This document shows positions 48,979 through 60,108 of a stretch of DNA of 64,000 nt, in pieces (the stretch's first letter is position 1; the number at the start of each line of letters is the position of its first letter). Position numbers and translations under genes: made by a program. Source of the stretch: Fimicolochytrium jonesii (lineage: Eukaryota). A model generated the notes under the pieces. It ran no database searches. It was given only the letters and a program-made list of their open reading frames with translations, and had not been told where the DNA came from. The stretch covers positions 124,001 through 188,000 of the forward strand of contig NW_026515693.1 in NCBI RefSeq assembly GCF_025526975.1, read 5' to 3'.

Positions 48979-51900
48979 TCAGGCGCCCTGCGGGGTTCCT
49001 CCAGCGGGCCCAGCTCCGGCTCCGGGCCCACCTCTGCCACGCCCTCCTCTGGTGCTGCCTGCAACTCCACCACGGCCTCGCCCTTCTCCCCTCCTCACAC
49101 CTGCACGACGGACGGGTCTTCCACGGCCTCGCTGGTGAGGTGTTGCACCAGGCGTCTGTACTGAAGGTGCAGGTGTGGCAGGCACCGCGGGCAATCCGTG
49201 CGTCACTGGTGTCGGTGAGGCTGGCGGCGGTGGTGCGATGGTAGACGCTGGCTGCGGCGCGGGTGAAGCCGGGGCGCTGGTCGGAGGGTTTGCAGCTGTA
49301 GATGCTGATGCAGACGCGGCGGCTTGAGCTTTCGCAGCGGCGGCCTCCTGCAGCTTTTTCTTGAGAAGCATGGCCATCAGAGCCGGATTGTTATCGGATG
49401 GGGGTGGTGTATTCTTGGCAGGCGATGCGGCTTTCGGCGCTAAGTTTGGTGATGGAACAAACGGGACCGCCGTCGGGTTGAGAACTGTTGGCTGAGGCGC
49501 CGGTGTAACGGCAGGCGTCGAAGGAGCAGGAGCTGGAGTCGGTGGCGCGGCCGTGGTCGGGGTTTGGACTGGCTCCGTGATGGCACCTTCCTCAGGTTCG
49601 TCCTCAATCAGCTCCTGCATCGGGGCTGGTACGGCTGGTTCCACATCTTCCAACTTGGGCTTTTTGCTGGGAGGTTGCGTCTGGGATACCGGGACATCCT
49701 GCGCCACTGTGACTTGCTCGAATACCTCCTCCATCGGCTGTGCGCCGGTTGAAACAACAGTGCCCAAATCCGGTTCGTGCTCCATTTCTTCATGAGGGCG
49801 CTTTGTCCCCCCCGGGCCCGCGAATGCTGGGACGGCCGCCGGGTGGATTGAGGTCGGGTCGGGGTTGCCTACGGCCGCGCCGGTCTCTGTCTGGTTGAAG
49901 ACTGCCCCAACGTTTTCAGATGACGCATCTTCCACAATATTCGACGTCTCTTCGACATTGTTTTGCACGAAACCCTCTCCGTTCAATGGATTCTCACCGA
50001 TTTCAGGAACCGATGAACCAGTTGTGAAGGGCTCTTGTTCTTCGATGACGTTCGAAGCCTCAGTCACCATAGGAGTTGCCGAACTGGGTGGACTGTAAGG
50101 TTGATCCTGGGTATCTTCATTCGCGGTAGTCGTCACATCCACAACCAGAGGCGTGGGCTCGAGCTTCGGTGGGGGAAGTGGGGCACTCTGAGTGACTTTT
50201 GTAGGAGTCTGAACAACGGTTGTCGGAGCCTGAACAACTGGTGTCGGCCGAATAACCGCAAGTGTTGCAGGCAACGGAGCAGCAACGGTAGCCGGAACAA
50301 TAGGTTTCTGGACCGGCGTCGGTGGGGGGCCGGGAGGGATTCCAGTCGTTGCCACTACTAGGCCTGCCGTGGTAGGGGTAAATACCATCTTCTGCGGCGA
50401 TCCCGCACGGGTGGCTTCCAGCTGCCGAATCTTATCGTTCAAGGTCTCCACAACATTCTTCTCGCGGAGAAGTTGTCCCTCCAACAATTGTTTCCTCAAT
50501 TTCAACGCATCAATCTCTCCTCCAGCCTGTTTCTTCCATTCCGCAAGTGCATCGTTGACTCGTTTGTCGTTGCCCTCTCGAATCGTCGCAATTTCTTTCT
50601 CAAGTTGTCGAATCCGTTCATCGTTCTGGGTGGTATCTCCCACAGCCGCGGACGCGTCGGCTTGAGCGCTCGCTTGAATCAGCTGGGTCAGTCGGGCGGT
50701 TTCGGCTTGCAATTGGTGCAACTGGCTCTGCATCAAGGCGTTCTCTTGCTTTGTGCTCGCCAGTTCTTGACTGAGGGACTTGTTGCGCTCCTTGAACTTT
50801 GCGAGGTTTTCGTTCGCCTTTTGGATGACTTCTTGTCGCCTCTTGTCCATTTCGGCCTTCAGCCTCTCGTTCTTCTCCGGATTCTCGATCTGGTCCCGCA
50901 GCTCTTGCAGCTCCTTGTCCTTCTGCGTAACAATCTCATTACACTTGGCCAGTTCCGCAAGTTTTCCTTGCATCTCCAGCACCTGTTTCGCGCGAGACTC
51001 GAGGGCTGCTTTCTGCCTTTGGGCAATGTCTCGAATCTTCCTGGTCGCATCGTCTTGAGCTTGCGACTTGGCGAGAATCTCATCTCGGGCTTTCTCTGCA
51101 AGCACCTTCTCATCCACTGCTGCCTGCTTCTCCCTAGATAACGTTTCGACAGTCGCTTTCAGACTTTCGAACGCAACGGGATCGATTCGGTCGTATTTGC
51201 GCAGGATTTGGTCGACACGCTCTTTCCAACGTGTGTTGTCCTCGGCAAGGGACGCGTTTTCTTCTTTCCTGACCTCGATTTCCGCTTGCAGGTTGATAAC
51301 GCTCTCGCGCAGAGGCTCCATCTCGGCGACGTTGGCTCGCAGCTTGTCCTCTAACTCCTTGATCTTCCTCGCGCTCTGTTCGACCTGATCGCGCAGTGTA
51401 ACGTTGGATTCACGAAGCAAGTTGGCCTGCTCGATCTTCTCCATGAGCTCCCGGTGGCGCCTGTCATCCTGTAAGGCGTCCTGGCTCTTGTGGCGCTCTT
51501 CATCCAATCGAGCCCGGGCTTCATCAAGGGTACTCTGGACATGCGACAACTCCAGTCGGAAGCGATTGTTCTCGGAGGAGGCAATGTCGAGCTTCGTCTG
51601 CAGAATATCCCTCTCGTTCCGCGCGTACTTGACCAGCTCGCGGAGCTCGCGGATAACCCGCTCGGTGTCCTCCGACACTTGCTGGCCGGAAGTAGACGTC
51701 CGGTCCATGACGGAATCCGAAATCTTCTGACTCTCCTGCATTCGCTCGAACTGCGCATGGAGGAGCTCATTTTGTGCTTGCAAGTCCTCCACCCGTCTGG
51801 ACCCTTCTTCGATCTGTTCGGCCAACTGATGCCGCGCGGCTTCCCAAGAGACTTGAGCATTTTCCAGATCTTTCTGCGCGACGAAAGCCTGCTGCTTGGC

Positions 51901-54900
51901 CTGTGCCAGTTCGTTTCGAATCTTCTCCTCTTCCTCTTTGAGCTGGCGCAGGGTTTGCAAAGACGTGGAGTGGTTCATGACCTCCTTTTCGTAACGGTCA
52001 TTGGCCTGCTGAGCCATGCTCGCATGCCGCTTTACGTCCTCTTGCATTTGTTGCTGGGACTTCAACGCCATCTCCTCGGAAACCTCGATTTGCTCGATAT
52101 GGTTTTCGAGGGAACGTACTTTCTCCTCGAACTGATGTCGGTCGGCTTCCGCCTTCTCCCGCGCTTCGATCAATTCCCGATCGGTTGTCTTCATTTGCTC
52201 CAGCACCTCCGTCCGCGCGCGGTCCAGATCCCTGATACGCAGAGTGAGCTGCTCGACCTCCCTCTCCTTGTCAGCTTTGTAGGCGTCGTAAGTCTGATTG
52301 AACTCGACAAGCTCCTTTTCAGTGCCTTCCGCCAGCTCCTTGAGATTGGCTTCTCGTTCCTTTGCACGTTCGAGATCTTCGTTTCTGGCGGAAAGACTGC
52401 GTGTCAGCTGAGCAACCTCACGCTCGAGTTCCCTGACGCGGTCTTCTGGTGTGGAGGCGTCCGTGCCATCCGCCCTCCTCTCGAACGCAGCCAGCTTCGC
52501 TTCAGCGTTGCTTAGACGTTCGCTCGATTCTGCAAGCCGCTCCGAAACGTTTTGCTCCTTCTGCTTGATCAAGCTGAGTTCTCCCTTCGTCCGCTCCAGA
52601 TCCAGGGTAAGTTTCTGGACCTTGACACTCGCAGCCTGAGACTCGGCATCTTTCCTGGCGAGAAGTGAGCGGTTGTCATCCGACGACTCCTGCAACTTCT
52701 TGCGGATCAAAGCCAGTTCCCTCTCCGCATCGTCGAGTTTGTCCTCGAATCTCTTCTTCTCGTTTCTCCATTGATCCTCCCTTTCTTCCAACTGCCTCTG
52801 CAATGTACGGATTCGGTCGTTAGCGGAATTTCTTTCGCTAAGCAGATCCTGACATTCTTTCATCGCCCGGGCTTTGCTAGACTCCCAGACTTCGCGCTCA
52901 ATGCGAGATTGCTGAAGTTTGCTCGACAATTCTTCTCCTCTTAGCCTCTCCGCCATCAGATTATTGGTGAGCTCTTGTTTTTTGGCATCTTGCTCCGTAG
53001 CTGAGTGGGCCATCACAGCGATGCGTTCGCGAAGAGATGTTATTTCCTTCATTTGCATGTCAGCATTGGAAGCAAGTAGCTGGTATCGCTCTACAAACGA
53101 GAAAGATGTTCAGAGTGCTTAACCGCGGGCAGAGGCGCGCCAAACTCAGTCGGGCCCTACCTTGTTGGAAGCTCAGTTGGTGGTTGTATTTCGAGACCTG
53201 GATAGCGAGATCACTCTTCTCTTGTCGAAGCCGGTCAAGCTGCTCAGACAGTGCCTTCGCACTCGTACCATTCTCTCGAGCGTAGTTGTCGAAGTCTTGC
53301 TGCAACTCTTTATACAATCGTTCGTAGTTCTCCGCAACCCCATTGGACCCACTGGTTGATTGACCTAATTGCTCTGGAGCTAGACGATGACGCGCTGGAG
53401 AACCCGGAGGCGCCTCTCCGTCGCGTTCTAACACAGCGCGCAGGTCATTCCTCTGCTTCACTACGTATCGCAGTTGACGAGACAATTTCTCAACATTCGC
53501 CTCCAACTCGGCGATCTTCGCTTTCAGTTCTGTTGACTCCGCTGACGCAATCTCACTGCTTTGCACCGCCAGTGCCGTCTTTGCTGCCTCCACATCTCGA
53601 GCTAGGGTGCGAGTAGTTCGCCGAAGGTCGACGTTTTGTTGAATGAGTTCCTCGAGACTTGCAATGTCGACAAACCGCTCGCTGATTAACGCGTCAATGG
53701 CATTCACTTCATCGATCGCATTTTGCTGGGCGTAACGTCGGATGAGGTCCTGGATGTATGCGTCAACTTCAATGGGCACTCCTGGACGGGCGCTCATCAG
53801 CTGGCCACCAAGGAGATTGAGCTGCCGAACGAGATCTCTGATATCTGAAGTAGAACGTCAGACCTTTCCAAAACGCTGATAAGCGATTGCGGAAACTACG
53901 CACCTTGCTCCAGAATCTTTCGGTCGTCCTGCGCTCGCAGGATGCTGTGCTCCGATCGACTTAGGTTTGCTACGAGGGCCTTCTTTTCGTCAAGGGCCTT
54001 CGTGAGATCTCCAAACAGCTTGTCGTGTCGTTCCTGCAGTCTCCTGTTCTCACGCTCCAAATCTTTCACGAAAGGATCGAGAGAGTTCAGGCGTTCGAAG
54101 GCTTCGCTGAAACGGTCGGAAACGATTTCCAGTTCGCGTTCCACCTCCACGCGTCTTTGTTTCTCTTCCTCGTACGACGTGTAGAGAGAGGTATATGTCA
54201 TTCCACGCAGCTGCACGCGCGAGTCCTGCGAGGAACGTCCAACACTCTCGTTCAGCGGCTGCTCCGAGGCGGTGTCTCGGAGCTGATATCTCAGCTTGTC
54301 TGCTTCCTCGTAAAGGGCATCAAACTTCGCCTTCCAATCGTCGCACTCGTACTGAGCCTGCTCGACTGCCGCCTTCAGCGCTGTTTCCTGAGCATCCCAC
54401 GTTTCGGACGCTTCCCGAAGGGTCTTTTCCAGTTCCTGAACGTGGCTCTGCTCATCCTTCAGATTGTTCTCGTATAATTGAGTGAGCCGTTTCTGACTAT
54501 CCATTTCCTTCTTGAAGCTATGCTCGTTCTTGACGAGTCGCGTCTCTCGCTAGGGATGGATGTCGTTTAGGAATTCTCCTATAACGTGAATCACACTCTC
54601 GCGTTTCGGACTACTTACTTCCTCTAACTTTTGCATCAGCTCTTGAGTATTTTGCTCCAACGTCTGAACTCTTTGCTGAAGAGCTCGATTGCGACTTTCT
54701 AGAGCGCTCTTTTCTTGTATGATGCTGTCCAGGTGAGATTGTGTTTCAGACAGTTCCTGACTCTTATGTACACGGTATTGATGGATTTCCTCAGCCCGTT
54801 TTGCCAGTTCCGAATTCAGCCATTCGGATTGCTTTCGCAGCTGCAAGATTTCCTGGTCCTTCGAGGCGACGACCAATCTGTCCTTCATTGCATTCGTTTC

Positions 54901-55582
54901 CCATTCTGTTACTTTGTTCTCCGATGCGCGCAGTTCCGCCCTCACTATCGTAAGCTGTTCTTGAAATGCCCCGGATTCACCTGTAAAGCACATTCAGAGG
55001 TCCGCTTGTCCCAGAAACTTTCACCCTCCGCCCATAACGCACGTGTCAAGCGGTCGATTTCCAGTTCTCTTTTCGCCAAAATATTTACGACATCCCGCTT
55101 TTCCAATTCCAGAGTTTCCACTTTCGATAGCAGGGTTGAGTCTCTGATTCCTCGCGAGTTCTCTTCGGATGCTTGAATTGACTTTGTGAGATCGTTCAGC
55201 GCAACGTCTGAGGGTTGGACAGGGTCAGATATGGAGATCGACGGCGTTCCGATAGCATTGAATCAGCGCCAAACCTTTCTCCTCAATGATAGCGGTGGCA
55301 TTGGCCAGCTCGTGCTGTAGAAGCGCCACCTGTGCAGTAAGATCCCGGTTTTGTGTGACAAACCAGTGCGCTTGATGTTCTAAGGTTTTGCAGGAATGTG
55401 TGTGAGGGACAGGGTTCGAAACAGCGGCCAATCAAGATGAAGGCTCAGTGATGATTCTTACCAGCGTTCGCTTGCTGTATTATTAACTCCTTTTCGAGCA
55501 GGTTCACTTGCTCAGGCAAAGGGGTTTCTGATCCAGCCCCGACCTCCATCTCGTCAGTGCCGTTTTCCCGTACGTCCTCCAT
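48979..55582 (-). CDS. MLP1: Nuclear basket nucleoporin Mlp1/Tpr, multi-exon
   Basis: Very long coiled coil with IDALISERFVD..SLEELIQQNVDL, YEKEVMNH, NLLRESNVTLR and WKERVDQILRKYDRIDP. Disordered Pro-rich tail with RG repeats. Confidence 0.9.
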
Positions 55583-56019
55583 CTTCCTTATGACATGTAG
55601 ATCCCGGGCGAGCAGCTATACACCGGAGCGACCGTCTTGTTGCCAATAGAGTGAGCGGTCAAGGAAGCCCGAGGCAAGCTAGCGTTGCAAAGCCGGTGCT
55701 TACAGCAGGCAGCTTCCAATCCCGAGCGATTAGCTGTCCCACCGTTATGTGCGAGGTGAAACCCGACCCATAATCGGCGGACTCCACGCAGGACTCCACG
55801 ACATGAGTGCACAGCCTGCGCCACACCTGAGGCCTTCGCGCGTCCCCTTCAAACTCACCGGACACGGCAACTTTCGCTCGTCCCAGGCTGGAGATCTTCG
55901 CCCAGTGGCTCGGCGGCAACTTGCACTTCTCAACACGCTGACAGTCATACAAGGCTTCCACTCACTCTTGCTTGAGGCTCGAAACGCCGTCTCTTGATAC
56001 CCCTCATTGGTTGACGACA

Positions 56020-57225
56020 ATGGACCTGCTCCAGGCAGAACTGGAGAAGAAGAAGGCCGCCTTGGACAAATTGAAAAGTCTCAACACCGGTCCAAAAAAA
56101 TACTTCAAAAGGGGAGAGCTCGAGAAGCTTCGCGAACAAGAGTACCTAGCGGAACAGGCGAAGCTCGAACGGGAACGGGAAGAAAAGGCTGCGAAGAAGG
56201 CAGCCGAAAAGGCACGACTGGCTGGGAATTCCGCCGCCGGGCGGGAGGGGAACAAACCTGGGTCAGCTGGTGGGAGTCCTTCGAAAAACAGCGGAGTGGG
56301 AGCGAACGCGGATGGTGCAGATTCGACGGAAGATCAAGATGTTGATTACAATATTGCGGAAACCGATCTGGTGCGGAGATTTAGGGCCCGCGACCAGCCA
56401 ATAAAGCTGTTTGGCGAAACAGATCAACAGCGGATCAGACGGCTAAGGAAGTTAGAAGCGAGTGAAGAACGGACGGAGGGACAAAGAAACGACTTTAGAG
56501 CAGCCATGGCTGCGACGGAGCAGGGTCTTCTCAACGAGAATTTGAAGCGAAAGGCGTCCATTGGAGATGGGGACGATGAGGATCAATATCGGAAAAAGAA
56601 AGGGACGAAGGAGACCGAGAGGGAGTTAGTCGACACGACGATCATCTCGCCCGATCTGATACAGAAGGATGTGGACAAGGTGTACAACCTACTCTCCATC
56701 TACTTCAAGCGGGTGCTACGAGAGTGGGATAAATACCTTGACGCCCGACCGGAAGACGAGAAACGTACGGTGCAAGGGCGATTACAAGCTGCGACTCAGG
56801 GGCAAACCGCCGAATACATGAAGCCGTTCTTCAAGCAATTGAAGAAGAAAGCTTTGCAGCCTGACGTCTTGATGCGGATTTGCGAGATTGCCAAGTTGAT
56901 GCAGGAGAGGGAGTATTTGCAAGCGAATGACTCTTACCTACGACTGTCGATTGGCAATGCACCCTGGCCTATTGGGGTGACGATGGTTGGTGAGTATCTC
57001 TCCGATATCATTTGCTTTACGTGGTCCCGATCGTCATGTTAACCGTCTCTCTTTCTCTGTTCAGGTATCCACGAACGTAGTGCCCGTGAAAAGATTTTCT
57101 CGTCACAAGTCGCGCATGTACTCAACGATGAAGCGCAACGGAAATGGATTCAGTCTATAAAACGGCTGATGACGTTCGCGCAGACGATATGGCCGCCGGA
57201 TGATCACGCCAAGATGATCGGTTGA
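56020..57225 (+). CDS. PRP18: Pre-mRNA splicing factor Prp18 (one intron ~56990-57064)
   Basis: [10 protein letters not shown] (PRP4-like motif) and [33 protein letters not shown]. Confidence 0.95.
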
Positions 57226-57661
57226 GGGAACGGGGCTGGAAGAGGGCGAACACCCTGCGTATCTTTGTACATATGTATCACGTCTTAGCGCATGGTAGCT
57301 TCAAATTGCCAGTGGCACATTGTCAAATGTAACCGGGTGTTGGAAGAATTTGAGGGCTTCGAAATGTGTTCTTCCTGGTGTTCTTGCAGCTCGAACGCGT
57401 TGGTCCGGGCGTCTTCCCCCGCAAAGATACCTCGCCATAGCAAGATTCGGCTGCGGCATTTCGCACAACACACTTGCCTTCACCTCCGGTCAGCTACGTA
57501 TACGCATCAGCCGTCCGTAGTGCCTGAACTTCGTCCCCCACCTGATTACTCTGCTTTCAGCCACTGCAAAGCGCTGAGATCGCGTCACGCTTCGAGAGGT
57601 GGGTGAGAGATAGAATTCCTTGCCATCTCTTCCTCTCCAAACACACCACAGGCCGACCGAC

Positions 57662-58345
57662 ATGAACGCACGCAAACCAGCGGCAAGAGCAACCGCAAGG
57701 GCAGCAGCAGCAAAAGCCGCATCGACCTCTCCACAGCACGACAACGCCCACCAACCAGATTCCCCCACCGTAACCTCCCGAATCTTCGTAACAGTCGGCA
57801 CAACCCGTTTCGACTCCCTCATCACCACCGTATGCTCCCACCCCTTCCTCACCCTCCTCCTCGACCTCAACTGCTCATCCCTGACGATCCAACACGGGTC
57901 TAGTCCCCTCTGTCTCACTACCGTCCCGGGTGTCACACCAGCATCATCACCACCCGATACCTCCACCGACCACCACTTCACCTACACATCCCCAACACAT
58001 CCCACCCCCCTCGCAATCCACACCTACACCTACCACCCAACCCTCCTCCCCTCACTCACCTCCGCAACCCTCATAATCTCCCACGCAGGCGCCGGCTCCA
58101 TCCTCGAATCCCTCGCGTTACGTAAACCGCTGCTCGTGGTCGTCAACGAGACGTTGATGGATAACCATCAGACGGAACTGGCGGAGGCGTTGGCGGGGAT
58201 GGGCGTTGTGAGGTGGACGAGGGTGGAGGGGTTGGTGGAGTGTTTGGGGAAGGGGGGGTGGGGGGCGATGAAGGCGTTGGGGGGGAGGGAGGCGGGGAGG
58301 TTGGTGAGGGTGTTGGATGAGGAGGCGGGGTTTGAGTTGCGGTAA
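57662..58345 (+). CDS. ALG13: UDP-GlcNAc transferase catalytic subunit (GT28 C-terminal)
   Basis: IFVTVGTTRFDSLI, LIISHAGAGSILESL and VVNETLMDNHQTELA. Confidence 0.93.
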   Translation: MNARKPAARATARAAAAKAASTSPQHDNAHQPDSPTVTSRIFVTVGTTRFDSLITTVCSHPFLTLLLDLNCSSLTIQHGSSPLCLTTVPGVTPASSPPDTSTDHHFTYTSPTHPTPLAIHTYTYHPTLLPSLTSATLIISHAGAGSILESLALRKPLLVVVNETLMDNHQTELAEALAGMGVVRWTRVEGLVECLGKGGWGAMKALGGREAGRLVRVLDEEAGFELR

Positions 58346-58725
58346 GCGGTGGGAATGGGAGATGGGATGGAAGGCGTGATGGATTTGGAGAGCGCTTCGT
58401 TGATCGCACTCGTCGCATCGTCATCATATCCCCAGCAGATGCCCAACTGATGCGACAAATGTTCGTTCCTCTTCATATTCCCAACCATGTAAATATACAG
58501 AATATGCTTAGGGCTCATACAGAATGCTCATAATGTAACTTGCTCTCCCTTTGGCGATTTGCCTCCCCTTCCTTCGTCTTAATCATAATATCTGCCCCCA
58601 TGTCAACTATATCGTTTGTGTTTGCAGTTCGACGGAGGCATGCTTGTTGAAAGGGTTTTCTCTCTTTTCTCGTGTTGATGTCATGTAAGCATAACGTTCT
58701 CGTAAGTGAAGTTGGTGTTCGAAGT

Positions 58726-59614
58726 TTACGCGGTTTGTTGGGGACTGCCTTCTAATCGCTTAGCGACTTGGTATGCAAAGTATGCGACGGTGAACCAAAA
58801 CGCACTGATCGCCGCAAAGATGAGTGCCCCCAGTAAGAACCAGAACAGGACAAAACCGCCAAACGCGAGGAACCCGCCCTGCACGAGCGCTACGCCTGTG
58901 CCGGCGACGCCGACGACGATTGCGCCCGTTGCCGCTCCTATAGTTTCAAAAGATGAGAGTAGGGTCTTGTTAGCAGGCAATTGAATGGATTTTCTCAGGC
59001 ATGGTGATGGGATTACCATAGGTAGTGAAGACTGCGAGTGGGATCGCTGCCGCGCCGCCGAGAGTGTACACGAAAGCCTGAGAGTGGAGACACAGCATGT
59101 GAGTGTTAGTGTGGGGACTTCAATGCCGGAGACGCAGGTTATCATCCTCGTCGAGATGGTGCATGCATTCTGCGCGCGCCTTCCTTCGGCGAGGGACAGC
59201 GAAAATTCATTGGTTTTCGATGTGCGAAGCAAACCCTTTCGTTCTGCAAGGGCGAGAGCGAGCCCTCGTGGTTCTATCGACCGAAGCAACATCCCAATCG
59301 CTTGCCCTTGCCCCGCTCGCGCTCGCCCAGCTTGCGCAGAATCTCCCTTCCCTCCCTCTCGCTATGCTCGCGTTCGGCCTTCGCACTACTTCGCGCACCC
59401 TACCACTCGGCTACCCGCAAAAAAAAAACCACTACCAGACTTCACTGCAGCGTTTAAAGAAACACACCTTAACGGGCGGATAAGCGTCCAAGATGCCCTT
59501 CGTAGTACGGGCTACTGCGAGCGCATACCCCTGGGCGGACTGCACGATGGGCAGCACGGTCCCTGCGACAGAGTTGACGAGTGTTCTGGCTTGTGTTTTG
59601 GGTCGGTTGGCCAT
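58726..59614 (-). CDS. Promethin/LDAF1-like lipid droplet membrane protein (3 exons)
   Basis: The spliced product YPPVK|AFVYTLGGAAAIPLAVFTTY|GAATG..VQGGFLAFGGFVLFWFLLG is a long, continuous hydrophobic stretch typical of the family. Confidence 0.65.
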
Positions 59615-60108
59615 TTCTGCGGCGGTAGTTTTGTAGTGGGATGAGGTTCAAAAGTTGGAGCGGTGTTAGGGCTTGAGGAGGCGGTCGGTGGTAAGTGAGT
59701 TGGGGGTCCGCAACCTTGCAAATCCTGTCCTGAGGGGTGGGGTTTTGACGAGGGGGGGATACATGTCCGTCACGTTTGTCATGACCCGCTCGGACAACTG
59801 GGCGGACGCGTCTGATGAATCCCCAGGCCTCCCTTCCCAAAGACGCTGCCAGAGATCAGCTTGCTTGCGTTTCCACCATCACCCTCCCACCAGCCGGAAC
59901 AAGGCGAAAAACTCACATAGAGCCGCTCTTCTTCTATCCTCCCCTTGCGCTTCTCGTAGTGCTCATCACGGAGGATGGGTCAAAGCCCACGAAAGGAAGG
60001 ACAGGAGCTCCTCACCGCTCCCTTCAACACTTTGCAAAAGGTGAACGGGAAAGCCAGTGGGAACAAACTAACCAGCTTGCTTCGTGCCAAAACACTATCT
60101 TATTCATC

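Noticed and set aside
51490..52515. Long antisense ORFs over MLP1 (and similar ones over ATG11, AMS1, ackA, MRP4)
   Set aside because: These are shadow frames of coiled-coil or GC-rich coding sequence with no recognisable motifs.
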